From NCBI GenBank assembly GCA_012519415.1, contig JAAYQG010000079.1:24474-88473 (forward strand): a DNA stretch of 64,000 nucleotides, written 5' to 3'. Below, in pieces: positions 37,406 through 47,259 of the stretch (its first letter is position 1; the number at the start of each line of letters is the position of its first letter). The position numbers and the translations under genes were made by a program. The DNA is from Treponema sp. GTDB taxonomy: Bacteria; Spirochaetota; Spirochaetia; Treponematales; Treponemataceae. The notes under the pieces are model-generated. The model did not search any database. It was not told where the DNA came from and saw nothing but the letters and a program-made list of their open reading frames with translations.

Positions 37406-39301
37406 TTAGCGCAAGTAAACCATTAGCAGCATAATATCAGACTGGCGTATGCCAGAAATTCTACCGGCCTGTCCTAATGTTTGAGGACGAATTTTTTCAA
37501 GCTTTTGGCGAGATTCGGCAGAAAGACCTGCAACTTTTTCATAATCAAAATTGTGAGGCACTTTTGTTTCATCCATGCGCCGCATTTTTTCGATTCTTCT
37601 GTTTTGTTTTTCGATATAATGTTCATATTTATAATCAATCAATGCAGCTTGCCACAAATCTTGTGGATAGCCCGGGTTTTCAATATCTGCAAAAAGCTGA
37701 TTTTCTTTAATAGTAGCATTTTGTTCCGTATCGTCAAAATCATCGTTGTTACACAAATCTTCGTTTTTGCGTGAACTAAAAATGAGTTTTGCAATTTTTG
37801 GGTCTTTTCTAAGACGACTGATAATCTCTGTTTTTTCAGCAATTCTTGCATTTGCTTCATCTAAATCTTTTTGTGTTCTAAGTCCTGCTTTAAATCCTTT
37901 TTCACAAAGACGCTCGTTACATGTATCATGGCGAAGTGCAAGGCGATACTCTGCACGTGCCGTAAACATTCTGTACGGTTCTTTTGTTCCAAGCGTTACA
38001 AGATCATCAATTAAAACGCCGATGTAAGCTTCGCTTCGTGCAAGAACAAACGGCTCATAAGGGGCAATTTCCGCAGAACCTTTTTGAAGCTGCGCCTTGC
38101 AATATCTGCTCGCATTTATGCCTGCAACAAGTCCTTGACCAGCAGCTTCTTCGTAGCCGGAAGAACCGTTTATTTGACCTGCACAAAAAAGCCCCGATAT
38201 ATGTTTTGTTTCAAGAGTGGGAAAAAGTTGTGTTGGTTCTACGTAATCATACTCAACAGCATATCCGGGTCGTGTTACAACAGCTTTTTCAAAACCGAGC
38301 AGCGTGCGCATAAAAGCATCTTGCACTTCTTCTGGCAAAGAAGATGAAAAGCCGCTTAAATATATTTCCTGTGTTGAAAGCCCTTCCGGCTCAATAAAAA
38401 GCTGATGTTTATCACGTTGCGGAAATCGGTTAACTTTATCTTCGATTGAAGGACAATAGCGAGGGCCGACTCCTTCGATTTTTCCACTGAAAAGCGGCGA
38501 GCGGTGAAAATTTTCCCTTATTATGCGATGCGTTTCAGGATTTGTATACGCAAGCCAGCATGGCACGGACGGGCGGTCTATATGCTTTGTACTGAACGAA
38601 AAAGGAAGCGGCATTTCGCCGTTTTGAATTGCGAGTTTTGAAAAATCAATGGAAGAACGCAAAATTCGCGGCGGTGTTCCTGTTTTAAGTCTACCGACAG
38701 CAAATCCGAGCCGTCGCAAGTTCTTGCCAAGACCTAATGCTGAACTTTCTCCAAGTCGGCCGCACTGTTCCTCATATTCACCGATAAAAACGCGCCCTTC
38801 CATAAATGTGCCTGTTGTTAAAATAACAGCAGTAGATGGAATTGTTCGCCCGCGTTCTGTAATTATGCCAAGACATTTTAATCTTCCATCGCTTGTTTTA
38901 ATCGGTTCTGTAATCAAATCAACGGCGGTATCTTGCAATAAATCAATTCCTTGCTGATCTTCAACTGCTTTTCGGGCGAGTGTAGAATAAAGCAGTTTAT
39001 CAGCTTGTGCGCGCGGCGCTTGTACGGCAGGGCCCCGACTTTTATTCAGCATACGAAACTGAATCATTGATTTATCTATAAGTTTCGCCATTTCGCCGCC
39101 AAGTGCGTCAATTTCGCGAACAATGTTTCCTTTTGATATGCCACCGATTGACGGATTGCATGATAGCCACCCGATTGCATCTATTGATTGCGTTATAAGC
39201 AATGTTTTAAAACCTGTTCTTGCAGTTGCAAGAGCGGCTTCTATGCCGCCGTGACCGGCACCCACAACAATTACATCATATGCCGGAGAAATAAAACTCA
39301 T
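37406..39301 (-). CDS. mnmG: tRNA uridine-5-carboxymethylaminomethyl(34) synthesis enzyme MnmG (GidA)
   Basis: YDVIVVGAGHGGIEAALA FAD motif, GPRYCPSIEDK, FCAGQINGSSGYEEAAGQGL. Start moved from 39325 to ATG 39301, which sits 6 nt after a CATAAT -10. Confidence 0.92.
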   Translation of the reverse strand: MSFISPAYDVIVVGAGHGGIEAALATARTGFKTLLITQSIDAIGWLSCNPSIGGISKGNIVREIDALGGEMAKLIDKSMIQFRMLNKSRGPAVQAPRAQADKLLYSTLARKAVEDQQGIDLLQDTAVDLITEPIKTSDGRLKCLGIITERGRTIPSTAVILTTGTFMEGRVFIGEYEEQCGRLGESSALGLGKNLRRLGFAVGRLKTGTPPRILRSSIDFSKLAIQNGEMPLPFSFSTKHIDRPSVPCWLAYTNPETHRIIRENFHRSPLFSGKIEGVGPRYCPSIEDKVNRFPQRDKHQLFIEPEGLSTQEIYLSGFSSSLPEEVQDAFMRTLLGFEKAVVTRPGYAVEYDYVEPTQLFPTLETKHISGLFCAGQINGSSGYEEAAGQGLVAGINASRYCKAQLQKGSAEIAPYEPFVLARSEAYIGVLIDDLVTLGTKEPYRMFTARAEYRLALRHDTCNERLCEKGFKAGLRTQKDLDEANARIAEKTEIISRLRKDPKIAKLIFSSRKNEDLCNNDDFDDTEQNATIKENQLFADIENPGYPQDLWQAALIDYKYEHYIEKQNRRIEKMRRMDETKVPHNFDYEKVAGLSAESRQKLEKIRPQTLGQAGRISGIRQSDIMLLMVYLR

Positions 39302-39307
39302 GTGCTT

Positions 39308-39336
39308 ATTATGCGCAAAACGCACTTAAAACGCAA
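39308..39336 (-). promoter_or_regulatory. sigma70-type promoter of mnmG: TTGCGT-17 nt-CATAAT, ATG 39301 follows 6 nt after the -10 (leaderless candidate)
   Basis: Reverse complement of 39331-39336 is TTGCGT and of 39308-39313 is CATAAT. Confidence 0.55.
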
Positions 39337-39371
39337 TAGAAACGTTACAAAACGTAATATATGCAAAAAAT

Positions 39372-39400
39372 TTGACTTTTGTTATGTAAATCATTAATCT
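39372..39400 (+). promoter_or_regulatory. sigma70-type promoter of the DUF2156 gene: TTGACT-17 nt-TAATCT, ATG 39407 follows 6 nt after the -10 (leaderless candidate)
   Basis: -35 at 39372-39377, -10 at 39395-39400, no SD. Confidence 0.6.
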
Positions 39401-39406
39401 TTTTAT

Positions 39407-40285
39407 ATGGGAAGATTTCCGGAATATCCTAATTTTGTGCCGTTTTCAAAAGATACAAAAACTGAAATAATGCCTCTTTTACAGAATTTAAAAGACGGTA
39501 TTTCTGAGCTGACATTTTATAGTTTGCTTATTCACACAAAAAAATATAATTATAGAATAACTCAAACAAAAAGCGGCGCAGTGTTGCTCCTCAGAAAAAA
39601 AGATGAAAAAAATTATTTTATCCCAATAAACCAATTTCCGCTTCAAGATGAAACTTTACAGTTGAACGCCGATGGTTATTTTGCGACACTTGTTAGTGCG
39701 TCAATTATGAAAAATCTTATTGACTCTGCACCTGAAATTGCTTCGACTTTATCTAAAGATCGTGATAATGCCGATTATGTTTATCTTAAAAACGATTTAA
39801 TTGAGCTAAAAGGCAAAGCTTTTCATAAAAAGAAGAACCATCTAAATGCTTTCATAAAAAAATATTCACCTTCTGTTGAGCTTTTAACAATACAGAATGT
39901 TAAAGATGCAAAAGAAGTTCTTGAAAAATGGCAAAAAAATCATTTAAATATTCAAACTGACTATGAAACAACAAAAGCTGCTTTAGACTTGATTGGTGAA
40001 GCTAATTTTTTTGGAATTATAGTTTATGTTCAGTTTGAACCGATAGGATTTGCACTGGGTGAAACTATGAATGATGAAATAACATTTTGTACTCATTTTG
40101 AAAAAGGACTGGAAGAGTTTCGTGGAATTTATCAGTACCTCAATCAAATTTTAGCAGTTAAATTAGACGAAAAGATTCAATTTATTAATAGAGAACAGGA
40201 TTTAGGCGACGAAGGTTTAAGACAATCAAAAATGACTTATCGTCCCGTAAAATTTATTGAAAAATATTGTAGTACATTAGGCTAA
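39407..40285 (+). CDS. DUF2156-domain protein (lysyl-phosphatidylglycerol-synthase C-terminal-like / acyltransferase fold)
   Basis: DRDNADYVYL...L.GKAFHKKKNHLNAF signature and a C-terminal GNAT-like segment ending LRQSKMTYRP. Confidence 0.6.
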   Translation: MGRFPEYPNFVPFSKDTKTEIMPLLQNLKDGISELTFYSLLIHTKKYNYRITQTKSGAVLLLRKKDEKNYFIPINQFPLQDETLQLNADGYFATLVSASIMKNLIDSAPEIASTLSKDRDNADYVYLKNDLIELKGKAFHKKKNHLNAFIKKYSPSVELLTIQNVKDAKEVLEKWQKNHLNIQTDYETTKAALDLIGEANFFGIIVYVQFEPIGFALGETMNDEITFCTHFEKGLEEFRGIYQYLNQILAVKLDEKIQFINREQDLGDEGLRQSKMTYRPVKFIEKYCSTLG

Positions 40286-40470
40286 AATTCCCTATGCAAA
40301 AACTTCCCAAAGATTTCTGTATTCTAAAGACAAAATTGAAAAACTTTGTTAATATAGCTTGAAAACTTCAACTTGGTTTTCGTGCTTTCTATGAGAAATG
40401 TGATAAACCTGTTTATGTTATGCACTTATCTATGCTTTGCAAAAGGTTGTGAAAATTACAGGAGGAAATT

Positions 40471-41781
40471 GTGCAATTCGTAAGTACTAGAAATCCAGAT
40501 AAAAAAGTTTCATTTTCAAAAGCAGTTTTGGACTGCATTCCAACTGACGGCGGTTTGTATATTCCAGCTTATGAAGAAAATCTAAGCTCGTGGATTTTAT
40601 ACATGAATGAAAAAACTTCATTTACATCTATCGCCGGTTCTCTCACATCTGCGCTTATAAAAGAAGAGTTTAGTCCAATTATTTCAGAAGCGATTGCAAC
40701 AAATGCTTTTAGTTTTTCGCCCGTATTAAAAGCACTTGATGAGCGTTTGTATAATTTAGAGCTTTTTCATGGGCCTACCGGTTCTTATAAAGATTTTGGT
40801 ATTTCTTATTTGGCTTCTTGTCTTGAGCATATTTGTATAATGAATGAAACCGAATCAATAGTTATTGCCAGTACAACCGGTGAAACTGGCGCGAGTATAG
40901 CATATGCTTTTAAAAACAAAAAACACTTAAAAGCTATTTTGCTTTATCAAAAAGATTCAATGCGGGGGCTTCCTGCTGAAACTTTTTTTTGGAATGGCGG
41001 AAACATTTATCCGATAGAAGTGAATGGCTCGATTGATGACTGCAATGAGCTTGTTAGTCAAATTTACAGCGATCGTTCTTTAGTTGAAAACTATGGGCTT
41101 ACGCTTGCAAACACTTCAAATATCGGAAGACTCTTGCCGCAGACTTTTTTCTACACTTTTGCATTTACTCGTCTTAAAAATCGTGTGTGTGGCGATATTT
41201 TTTACGCATTGTCTTCCAGCAATTACGACAATTTAATTGCTGGTCTTTACAGCTGGAAATTTTCTTTGCCTGTTAATGGATTTATTACAGACTGCACATC
41301 TTCTCTTCGATTAGATCCGGAAAATATGTGCAATTTAATTAATGCAAAAATTCCTCTTTTAGAACGAAGCAAGACAAATCCGGCTATTTATTCACATCTC
41401 GAAAGACTTGAAGCTTTGTTTGCTACAAGTCCTGCTGTGATGAAAGGGCTTGTTTTTCCTGCTGAAATTTTTGATAAAGAACAAAAAGATGCAGCTTTGA
41501 AACTTTTTCGAAATTACAACATAACAGTTTCACCACAAACGGCTGCCGCTTATGCTGCAACAGTTAAACGGAATCAAATGATTGATGAAGACGGTGGTGT
41601 AGTCGTTCTTGTTTCAAGAGATCATCCTGCGCTTTTTGCAGAAAATATTAAACAGCTTTGTGGAAAATCTCCTGTTATACCTGCAAATATTTTGGCAGTT
41701 CTTGAAAAAAATAAGGCTGAAAAAACTATTGAACCGTTAAAAGAAAATATCGTTTCAATCTTAAAAGAGATTAAATCTTAA
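40471..41781 (+). CDS. thrC: Threonine synthase
   Basis: MQFVSTRN N-terminus, FHGPTGSYKDFG (PLP-Lys motif). GTG start preceded by AGGAGG SD. Confidence 0.8.
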   Translation: MQFVSTRNPDKKVSFSKAVLDCIPTDGGLYIPAYEENLSSWILYMNEKTSFTSIAGSLTSALIKEEFSPIISEAIATNAFSFSPVLKALDERLYNLELFHGPTGSYKDFGISYLASCLEHICIMNETESIVIASTTGETGASIAYAFKNKKHLKAILLYQKDSMRGLPAETFFWNGGNIYPIEVNGSIDDCNELVSQIYSDRSLVENYGLTLANTSNIGRLLPQTFFYTFAFTRLKNRVCGDIFYALSSSNYDNLIAGLYSWKFSLPVNGFITDCTSSLRLDPENMCNLINAKIPLLERSKTNPAIYSHLERLEALFATSPAVMKGLVFPAEIFDKEQKDAALKLFRNYNITVSPQTAAAYAATVKRNQMIDEDGGVVVLVSRDHPALFAENIKQLCGKSPVIPANILAVLEKNKAEKTIEPLKENIVSILKEIKS

Positions 41782-41863
41782 ACGAATTTGAAAGTCAAAG
41801 CGTATATTGTTGTGCTATTTTGCGTTCGGATATGTGCAAAACTTATTCGGTTCTTACAAAAAA

Positions 41864-42769
41864 CTATTTTTCAAAGTCATCAAGTATTTTGAAAATCTGT
41901 TCTTTTGTAAGAACTCCCGCATTAAGCAAATCTTCGCATTGTTCGCTTACCGAACGATCAAAAAACAAAAGGTCGTCTGTTCCAATCGAAAGACGAACTC
42001 CAGCTTCAAACATTTTTTTTATGGGATGATCTTCCATTCTTTCTACAGCAGAAAGAAGAACATTGCTAGTTGGTGTAACGTTGCATCGGATTTTTTTATC
42101 TGCAAGATATTGAAGTACTTTATCGTCTTTTGCGGCTCCAATTCCATGCTGAACTTCTTCAAGTGAAAATTTTTCTACAAAATTTTTTACGGATTTTGCA
42201 TCAGAAAATTCTCCAACATGAGCTTTTCGCTTTATTCCTAAATTTCCTGCAAGTTCATAAATTCCCTTAAATCTATCCAAATCTTCAAATATTTCAGGAC
42301 CATATAAATCTATACTTTTGAAAATTCCGCTTTTTAATAGAATCGGAACCCATTTTTGAACTTTTTCATCTTCAAACGTTTTCCCAATGCCAAGTTCCGG
42401 TCGAAACATAATTTTGTCTTTGAATTTTTCAACAAGTTCTGAAATCATTCCTAGAAATGCATCGTAATCTTCGTCGTAATGACCAACAAATTGTAAATCT
42501 ATACTACCTTCAATTACAGCAACAGAATCAGCTATTGCATCTTCAATAGAAAGACGAATTAAATTTTTAACATCTTCTGCTGTTGAACAACGTGGCCGTG
42601 TAAAAGTTGAAATAACTTCATGCATTTCATCTAATCCGCTCATTACTCGCGGAAAATTTGGAATATAAAAGCCAGCCCAAGATGTATAAGAAGCGTACCG
42701 CATGCCTAAGTTTAGGTGATTGTGCGCATCAGTTTTAGGATGTGTTGAAAAAGCTTCTAACTCTGACAT
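41864..42769 (-). CDS. Adenosine/adenine deaminase-family metallohydrolase
   Basis: DAHNHL (HxH), HVGEF, SIGTDD motifs of the adenosine deaminase superfamily. Confidence 0.7.
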   Translation of the reverse strand: MSELEAFSTHPKTDAHNHLNLGMRYASYTSWAGFYIPNFPRVMSGLDEMHEVISTFTRPRCSTAEDVKNLIRLSIEDAIADSVAVIEGSIDLQFVGHYDEDYDAFLGMISELVEKFKDKIMFRPELGIGKTFEDEKVQKWVPILLKSGIFKSIDLYGPEIFEDLDRFKGIYELAGNLGIKRKAHVGEFSDAKSVKNFVEKFSLEEVQHGIGAAKDDKVLQYLADKKIRCNVTPTSNVLLSAVERMEDHPIKKMFEAGVRLSIGTDDLLFFDRSVSEQCEDLLNAGVLTKEQIFKILDDFEK

Positions 42770-42775
42770 AAATTA

Positions 42776-42803
42776 AGTATACCATATTCTTTCAGAAAAT
42801 CAA
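42776..42803 (-). promoter_or_regulatory. sigma70-type promoter of the deaminase gene: TTGATT-16 nt-(TGg)TATACT, ATG 42769 follows 6 nt after the -10 (leaderless candidate)
   Basis: Reverse complement of 42798-42803 is TTGATT and of 42776-42781 is TATACT, with an extended TG. Confidence 0.6.
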
Positions 42804-42899
42804 TAATAACAGAAACGACTGTTGTTAATTGCTTTACTGGATAATATTTGCAAAGTATAATAGAAATTCCAAAAAATGCCTATTGCCTTTGCAGCAGCG

Positions 42900-44699
42900 T
42901 TAAACTAGCGCTTCAAGCTCGTCTACAAGACTACTAAATATATTGATTGCAGCTTGAACAGGTTCGGTATTTGTCATATCGACACCAGCTGCTTTCAATG
43001 ATTCTATCGGATAGCGTGAGCCGCCGGAACAAAGAAAATTAAAATAGTTTTCTTTTTCGATTTTTCCGCCATTTGTTACTTGTTCAGCTAAGGCTAGAGC
43101 TGCGGAAATACCGGTTGCATACTTATAAACGTAAAAAGCATTATAAAAATGCGGAATACGAAGACATTCAAGGTCGCTCGTTTCTTCAAAAACCATTTCA
43201 GTGCCAAAATAGTCTGTCAAAAGCTTTTTATATTCACCTCTTAAAACATCAACAGAAAGAGGATTTCCGCTTTCAACAAGCTCATGCGTTTTTCGTTCAT
43301 ATTCTGCAAACATTGTTTGTCTATAAAGTGTCGCAATGATATCGGCGGCACGGTTAGCAACCAGATAGTTTTTTATTTTCGGATTCGTTTCGTTTTTTAA
43401 GTAGTAGCGGAACAAAAGTTCTTCATTAAAAGTAGAGGCAACTTCAGCTTCAAAAATTGTGTAGTTATATTGAAGAAACGGATTTGATTTTGCAGAATAC
43501 AAAGAATGCATAGAATGTCCGCCTTCGTGAGCAAGTGTAAAAACATCGCGAAGAACATCTTGTTTGTAATTCATTAAAATATAAGGATATCCTGTGTATG
43601 CACCGGCAGAAAACGCACCTGATCTTTTGCCTTTGTTTTCATATCGGTCAACCCAACCGGTTTTTAAGCCGGTGCAAAGAGTATCTGTGTATTCCGTTCC
43701 AAGCGGAGCCAAAGCTTCTCGAAGAATTTCTATTGCTTCATCAAACGGCGTTGTTTTTTGCACATCTGAAACAAGGGGAACATAAACATCATAATGGCGA
43801 AGTTCATCCGGTGAATCCAGCTTCAAAAGCTTACGGCGAATTTTATAATATCTATGCAACGGTTCAAAATTTGAGCGCACTGTTGAAACAAGACTATCAT
43901 AAACAGAAATTGGAACTTTATCAAGGAAAAGTGCTTTTTCAATGGAGCTTTTAAATCCGCGCGCTTTCGCTTTACATATATCAATATTAACGCTACCAGC
44001 ATACAAAGCTGCTATTGTGTTTTTATGTTTGTCAAAAGTGTTATAAAATTGCATATATGCGTCTTTACGAATTTGGCGGTCAGAATTTTCCATAAAACTT
44101 GACCATGTTGTTTGCGTGAGCGGCTCTCCGTTTACACAGCCATAATCTAAATCTACATTTGTAAGCATAGAAAAAGCTTTATGAGCAGTGCTGTTCGGTT
44201 CAGTATGAAGGGCCATAAGTCGCTCTTCTTTTTCGCTTAAAATATAGGGCTTATTGCGTATTTCTTTTTGTAGGAATATTTTATAATTTTCAAAATCGTT
44301 TCGTTCAATCCATTTTTCTAAAACTGTTTGTGGAATAGATTGCAATTCCGGACTAAACCAGCTTGATTTGGCATTTGCTTCTGTTGAAATCATCATATAG
44401 CGGTCAAATTTTTCTTGATTGGAACTATCGCCCGCATCTCCTGCTGTAAGCAAAAATGCATAGCTTCCAACAAGTTCTTCATTTTGTTGAGCCTTTTCTA
44501 AAAATTTTAATGCTGCAAGAAGATTTTCTGCACTTTCTCCAAGCTTTCCTCTGAAGGATTCAAAGTCATTTGCATCTTTTGAAATTTGCAACAACGCTTT
44601 TTCCCAGTCGCTATTAGTTTTAAATAAAGTAGATAAATCCCATTTATCAGCTTCTGGAATATCTTTTCTATGTGGTATTTTATTGTTTTGGTTTATCAT
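42900..44699 (-). CDS. pepF: Oligoendopeptidase F (M3B family)
   Basis: HEGGHSMH zinc motif, downstream FEAEVAST Glu ligand. About 600 aa, typical PepF length. Confidence 0.88.
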   Translation of the reverse strand: MINQNNKIPHRKDIPEADKWDLSTLFKTNSDWEKALLQISKDANDFESFRGKLGESAENLLAALKFLEKAQQNEELVGSYAFLLTAGDAGDSSNQEKFDRYMMISTEANAKSSWFSPELQSIPQTVLEKWIERNDFENYKIFLQKEIRNKPYILSEKEERLMALHTEPNSTAHKAFSMLTNVDLDYGCVNGEPLTQTTWSSFMENSDRQIRKDAYMQFYNTFDKHKNTIAALYAGSVNIDICKAKARGFKSSIEKALFLDKVPISVYDSLVSTVRSNFEPLHRYYKIRRKLLKLDSPDELRHYDVYVPLVSDVQKTTPFDEAIEILREALAPLGTEYTDTLCTGLKTGWVDRYENKGKRSGAFSAGAYTGYPYILMNYKQDVLRDVFTLAHEGGHSMHSLYSAKSNPFLQYNYTIFEAEVASTFNEELLFRYYLKNETNPKIKNYLVANRAADIIATLYRQTMFAEYERKTHELVESGNPLSVDVLRGEYKKLLTDYFGTEMVFEETSDLECLRIPHFYNAFYVYKYATGISAALALAEQVTNGGKIEKENYFNFLCSGGSRYPIESLKAAGVDMTNTEPVQAAINIFSSLVDELEALV

Positions 44700-44705
44700 T
44701 TTATT

Positions 44706-44734
44706 AGTTTATAAAGTAAAACAGAAGCGGTCAA
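44706..44734 (-). promoter_or_regulatory. sigma70-type promoter of pepF: TTGACC-17 nt-TAAACT, ATG 44699 follows 6 nt after the -10 (leaderless candidate)
   Basis: Reverse complement of 44729-44734 is TTGACC and of 44706-44711 is TAAACT. Confidence 0.6.
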
Positions 44735-45033
44735 TACATTAGTAGTTTGCTTAAATAAAATTATCAATGTGTTTGCGGTCGATTGTTTTTAGTTTTATTA
44801 CTTAATTTTTCTTTTCAATCGCTACCAGCGTTCAAAATAAATTAAGAATTTTTAACGACTGTAATTTCCGATATAGTTTAAACCTTGAACAGAAGTATAT
44901 CACATAAGGAATTATCCAAACGCAATCTTGCGATAAAGCGTTGATGTTCCGTGTTTTGTTATAAACAATATCAATATAAAATGTCGTTATAACTTCTCTT
45001 TCTTTTTTTGTGCTGTTCGGCTATTATAGTTTT

Positions 45034-46536
45034 ATGAAACAAAATATAGATTCGTTGCTGAATAGCTTTATCGGGAATGTTAAATTTCCATTTGATTTTT
45101 TTCAGGCAGCAAATTATATGGGAATCAAAAAAGCGGGAGATTTAAATTACGCATTGAGCTGGCTTGAAGCAAATCCTGCGGTGCTTTCGGTTGGAAATAA
45201 TGCATTTGCTTCAAGAATAGGTATGTTTACAGATCAAGTTTTCTCTATTTTGCCCTCGCGCTATGAAATAAATAATAATATTCTTATTGTCGGGCATAGA
45301 TGTATTCCTTTTGGGAATCCTGATGTTTTGCCTTGCGATTATAAGTTTTTATTTAAAAACAATGCTATTCCACATAAAATCATAGAAATGCAAACAAATG
45401 ATTTATTTGATTATTATTATCTTCATGGCGAAGAATTTGTTCCGCAATATTTGTCATTAGATCCTGCAAACAAGGGTTTTGATATGGCAGATTGTGATTA
45501 TGAATTGCCGGGCAAAATGAAAGTTACAGTCTTTGATATGGCAGATTTTTACAAGAAATTTTCTTTCAAAAGCGGAGATAGACTTAAGGTTCGGCTGGAA
45601 AATTGGATGCTTGGAATATTTTCGATAGATGTTCAAAAAGATACTAGAGAAACACCTTTTGAAATAAATGAATCCGAAGAAGCAAGAGAAAGATGGTTTG
45701 AATTGTTTGAAAAGCAACTTTTGCAATCATTCGATTTGTTTGGTGTTGCCGGTTCAATAGATGAGCAAATTGCTTTTGCATATATACTTGCAGGAACCGA
45801 ACTTTTTTCAGATTTATCCGGTTCTGTTGAAGAATATATTAAAAAAACAAATAAAATAGAAATTACTGAATTTGGTGTAGAAACAAGACTTTGGCGTGCC
45901 GGAGAAGCAATTTCCGTTATGAACCTTCGTCTTGATAATGATTTAGATGATTCCGACATAGAACGATTTAATGGTGTGAGCAAAATCTTTTTGTCAATCG
46001 GAGTGCCTCTTACGGAAATATTTTTAGATTCCTTTATTTATGATTCACTTTATAAAAAAGAACAAAACTGCGATTTAATATTAAAAAGAATTATGCCTGA
46101 AAATATTATAGAATTATCGTCAAAAGATATGATTTTTTGTTTATTGCTCTTAGAAAAAAGACGTGCTATACTACAGCGCGACTACAAATGGTTTGCTGAT
46201 TACGAAAAAGGGCAGCTTCGTTCTAAAATTCTTGAGTTTTATGCTGTGATGATAAGTTTTGTCTATTCACTTGGACAAAACGATGTATCGCCTGAGTCCA
46301 TGCCTCAACAACCGTTAGTTGTTCTATCTCAACTTTTTACACATTTGGGCAGAATGCTTGAATCTCTTGCTCCAAATGCTTCCATTTCTTCAAAAGATAT
46401 TTCAAGCCTGTATCTTTCGCTTGAAGGAATGCAGTTTAGTTTTGAAGACCTGTCTAAAGAACTTGAGCAGTCTGTAAACATATACGAGAAGGGAAAATTT
46501 ACTATTATCAGAAAGGAAGACGAGAAACATGGGTGA
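45034..46536 (+). CDS. Hypothetical conserved-looking cytoplasmic protein (about 500 aa), translationally coupled to EIIA-like paralog 2
   Basis: Long clean ORF with no recognised motif. Its last 8 nt overlap the start of the next gene. ATG 45034 is preferred over GTG 45010. Confidence 0.45.
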   Translation: MKQNIDSLLNSFIGNVKFPFDFFQAANYMGIKKAGDLNYALSWLEANPAVLSVGNNAFASRIGMFTDQVFSILPSRYEINNNILIVGHRCIPFGNPDVLPCDYKFLFKNNAIPHKIIEMQTNDLFDYYYLHGEEFVPQYLSLDPANKGFDMADCDYELPGKMKVTVFDMADFYKKFSFKSGDRLKVRLENWMLGIFSIDVQKDTRETPFEINESEEARERWFELFEKQLLQSFDLFGVAGSIDEQIAFAYILAGTELFSDLSGSVEEYIKKTNKIEITEFGVETRLWRAGEAISVMNLRLDNDLDDSDIERFNGVSKIFLSIGVPLTEIFLDSFIYDSLYKKEQNCDLILKRIMPENIIELSSKDMIFCLLLLEKRRAILQRDYKWFADYEKGQLRSKILEFYAVMISFVYSLGQNDVSPESMPQQPLVVLSQLFTHLGRMLESLAPNASISSKDISSLYLSLEGMQFSFEDLSKELEQSVNIYEKGKFTIIRKEDEKHG

Positions 46537-47017
46537 AACTATTGAATTATTGTCTATTGAAGAATTAATCAAAAATGGCGGTATCTTTTTTAATGTAAAA
46601 GGCGATCGTCCGGAAACTGTATTCAAAAATATTTTAGAAAAACTTTCTTTGCCAGAATCAGTCGACAAGACAAATCTTTATCGAGAATTATGCCAGCGTG
46701 AAGAATTGATGAGTACGGCTGTCGGAAATGGAATTGCAATTCCTCATCCGCGATACCCGCTTTTAACAGATACAAAAGACCAACGTCTTGTTGTTTGTTT
46801 TTTAGACAAACCTGTAATGATGAATCCGCCTGATATGCGCCCTGTTTATGTCTTTTTTATTCTTTTAACAAGCAATACAAAGACTCATTTGAAAATTTTA
46901 TCTCAGCTTGCGTTTTTGTTTCAAAAGCCGGAATTTCGTCATTTTTTAGAACAAAAACCTACGGAAGAAGCTTTAATTAAAGCAATTAAACAGTCAATGG
47001 TTGTTTCTTCAAATTAA
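46529..47017 (+). CDS. PTS EIIA-Ntr-type protein, paralog 2
   Basis: AVGNGIAIPHPRY His motif and EIIA(Fru/Mtl/Ntr)-like length and pattern. Confidence 0.7.
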   Translation: MGETIELLSIEELIKNGGIFFNVKGDRPETVFKNILEKLSLPESVDKTNLYRELCQREELMSTAVGNGIAIPHPRYPLLTDTKDQRLVVCFLDKPVMMNPPDMRPVYVFFILLTSNTKTHLKILSQLAFLFQKPEFRHFLEQKPTEEALIKAIKQSMVVSSN

Positions 47018-47129
47018 TTGAAAAGTAGTTTTCGTTCTGCAAATTGTTCAGCCTTAATCAGACTAAAGTATCGTATTTATGATGTAAGGCTTATTTTACG
47101 TTGCTTTTGCATTTGTTTTAATCAATTTC

Positions 47130-47157
47130 TAAAAGCAGTATGTTTTTATGCCGATAT
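47130..47157 (+). promoter_or_regulatory. sigma28 (FliA)-like promoter upstream of the MinD/FlhG-family ATPase gene: TAAA-16 nt-GCCGATAT
   Basis: Compare the consensus TAAA-N15-GCCGATAA. The -10 element at 47150-47157 matches 7 of 8 and the spacer is one nt longer than consensus. Confidence 0.45.
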
Positions 47158-47259
47158 AATGTTCATTGGACTATTTTATACTGAATTATTTTTGCCGAAA
47201 TTTTTAAAAGCAATGCTGCAATATGAAAATAAAGGCAGTATTTATTTGGATGTGAATTT

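Noticed and set aside
40447-40464. Rex-like half-site TTGTGAA upstream of thrC; also TTGTGAA at 5505 and 50363
   Set aside because: The second half-site (TTCACAA) is absent: ACAGGAG follows at the correct spacing. The sequence overlaps the thrC SD, so it is not a credible operator.
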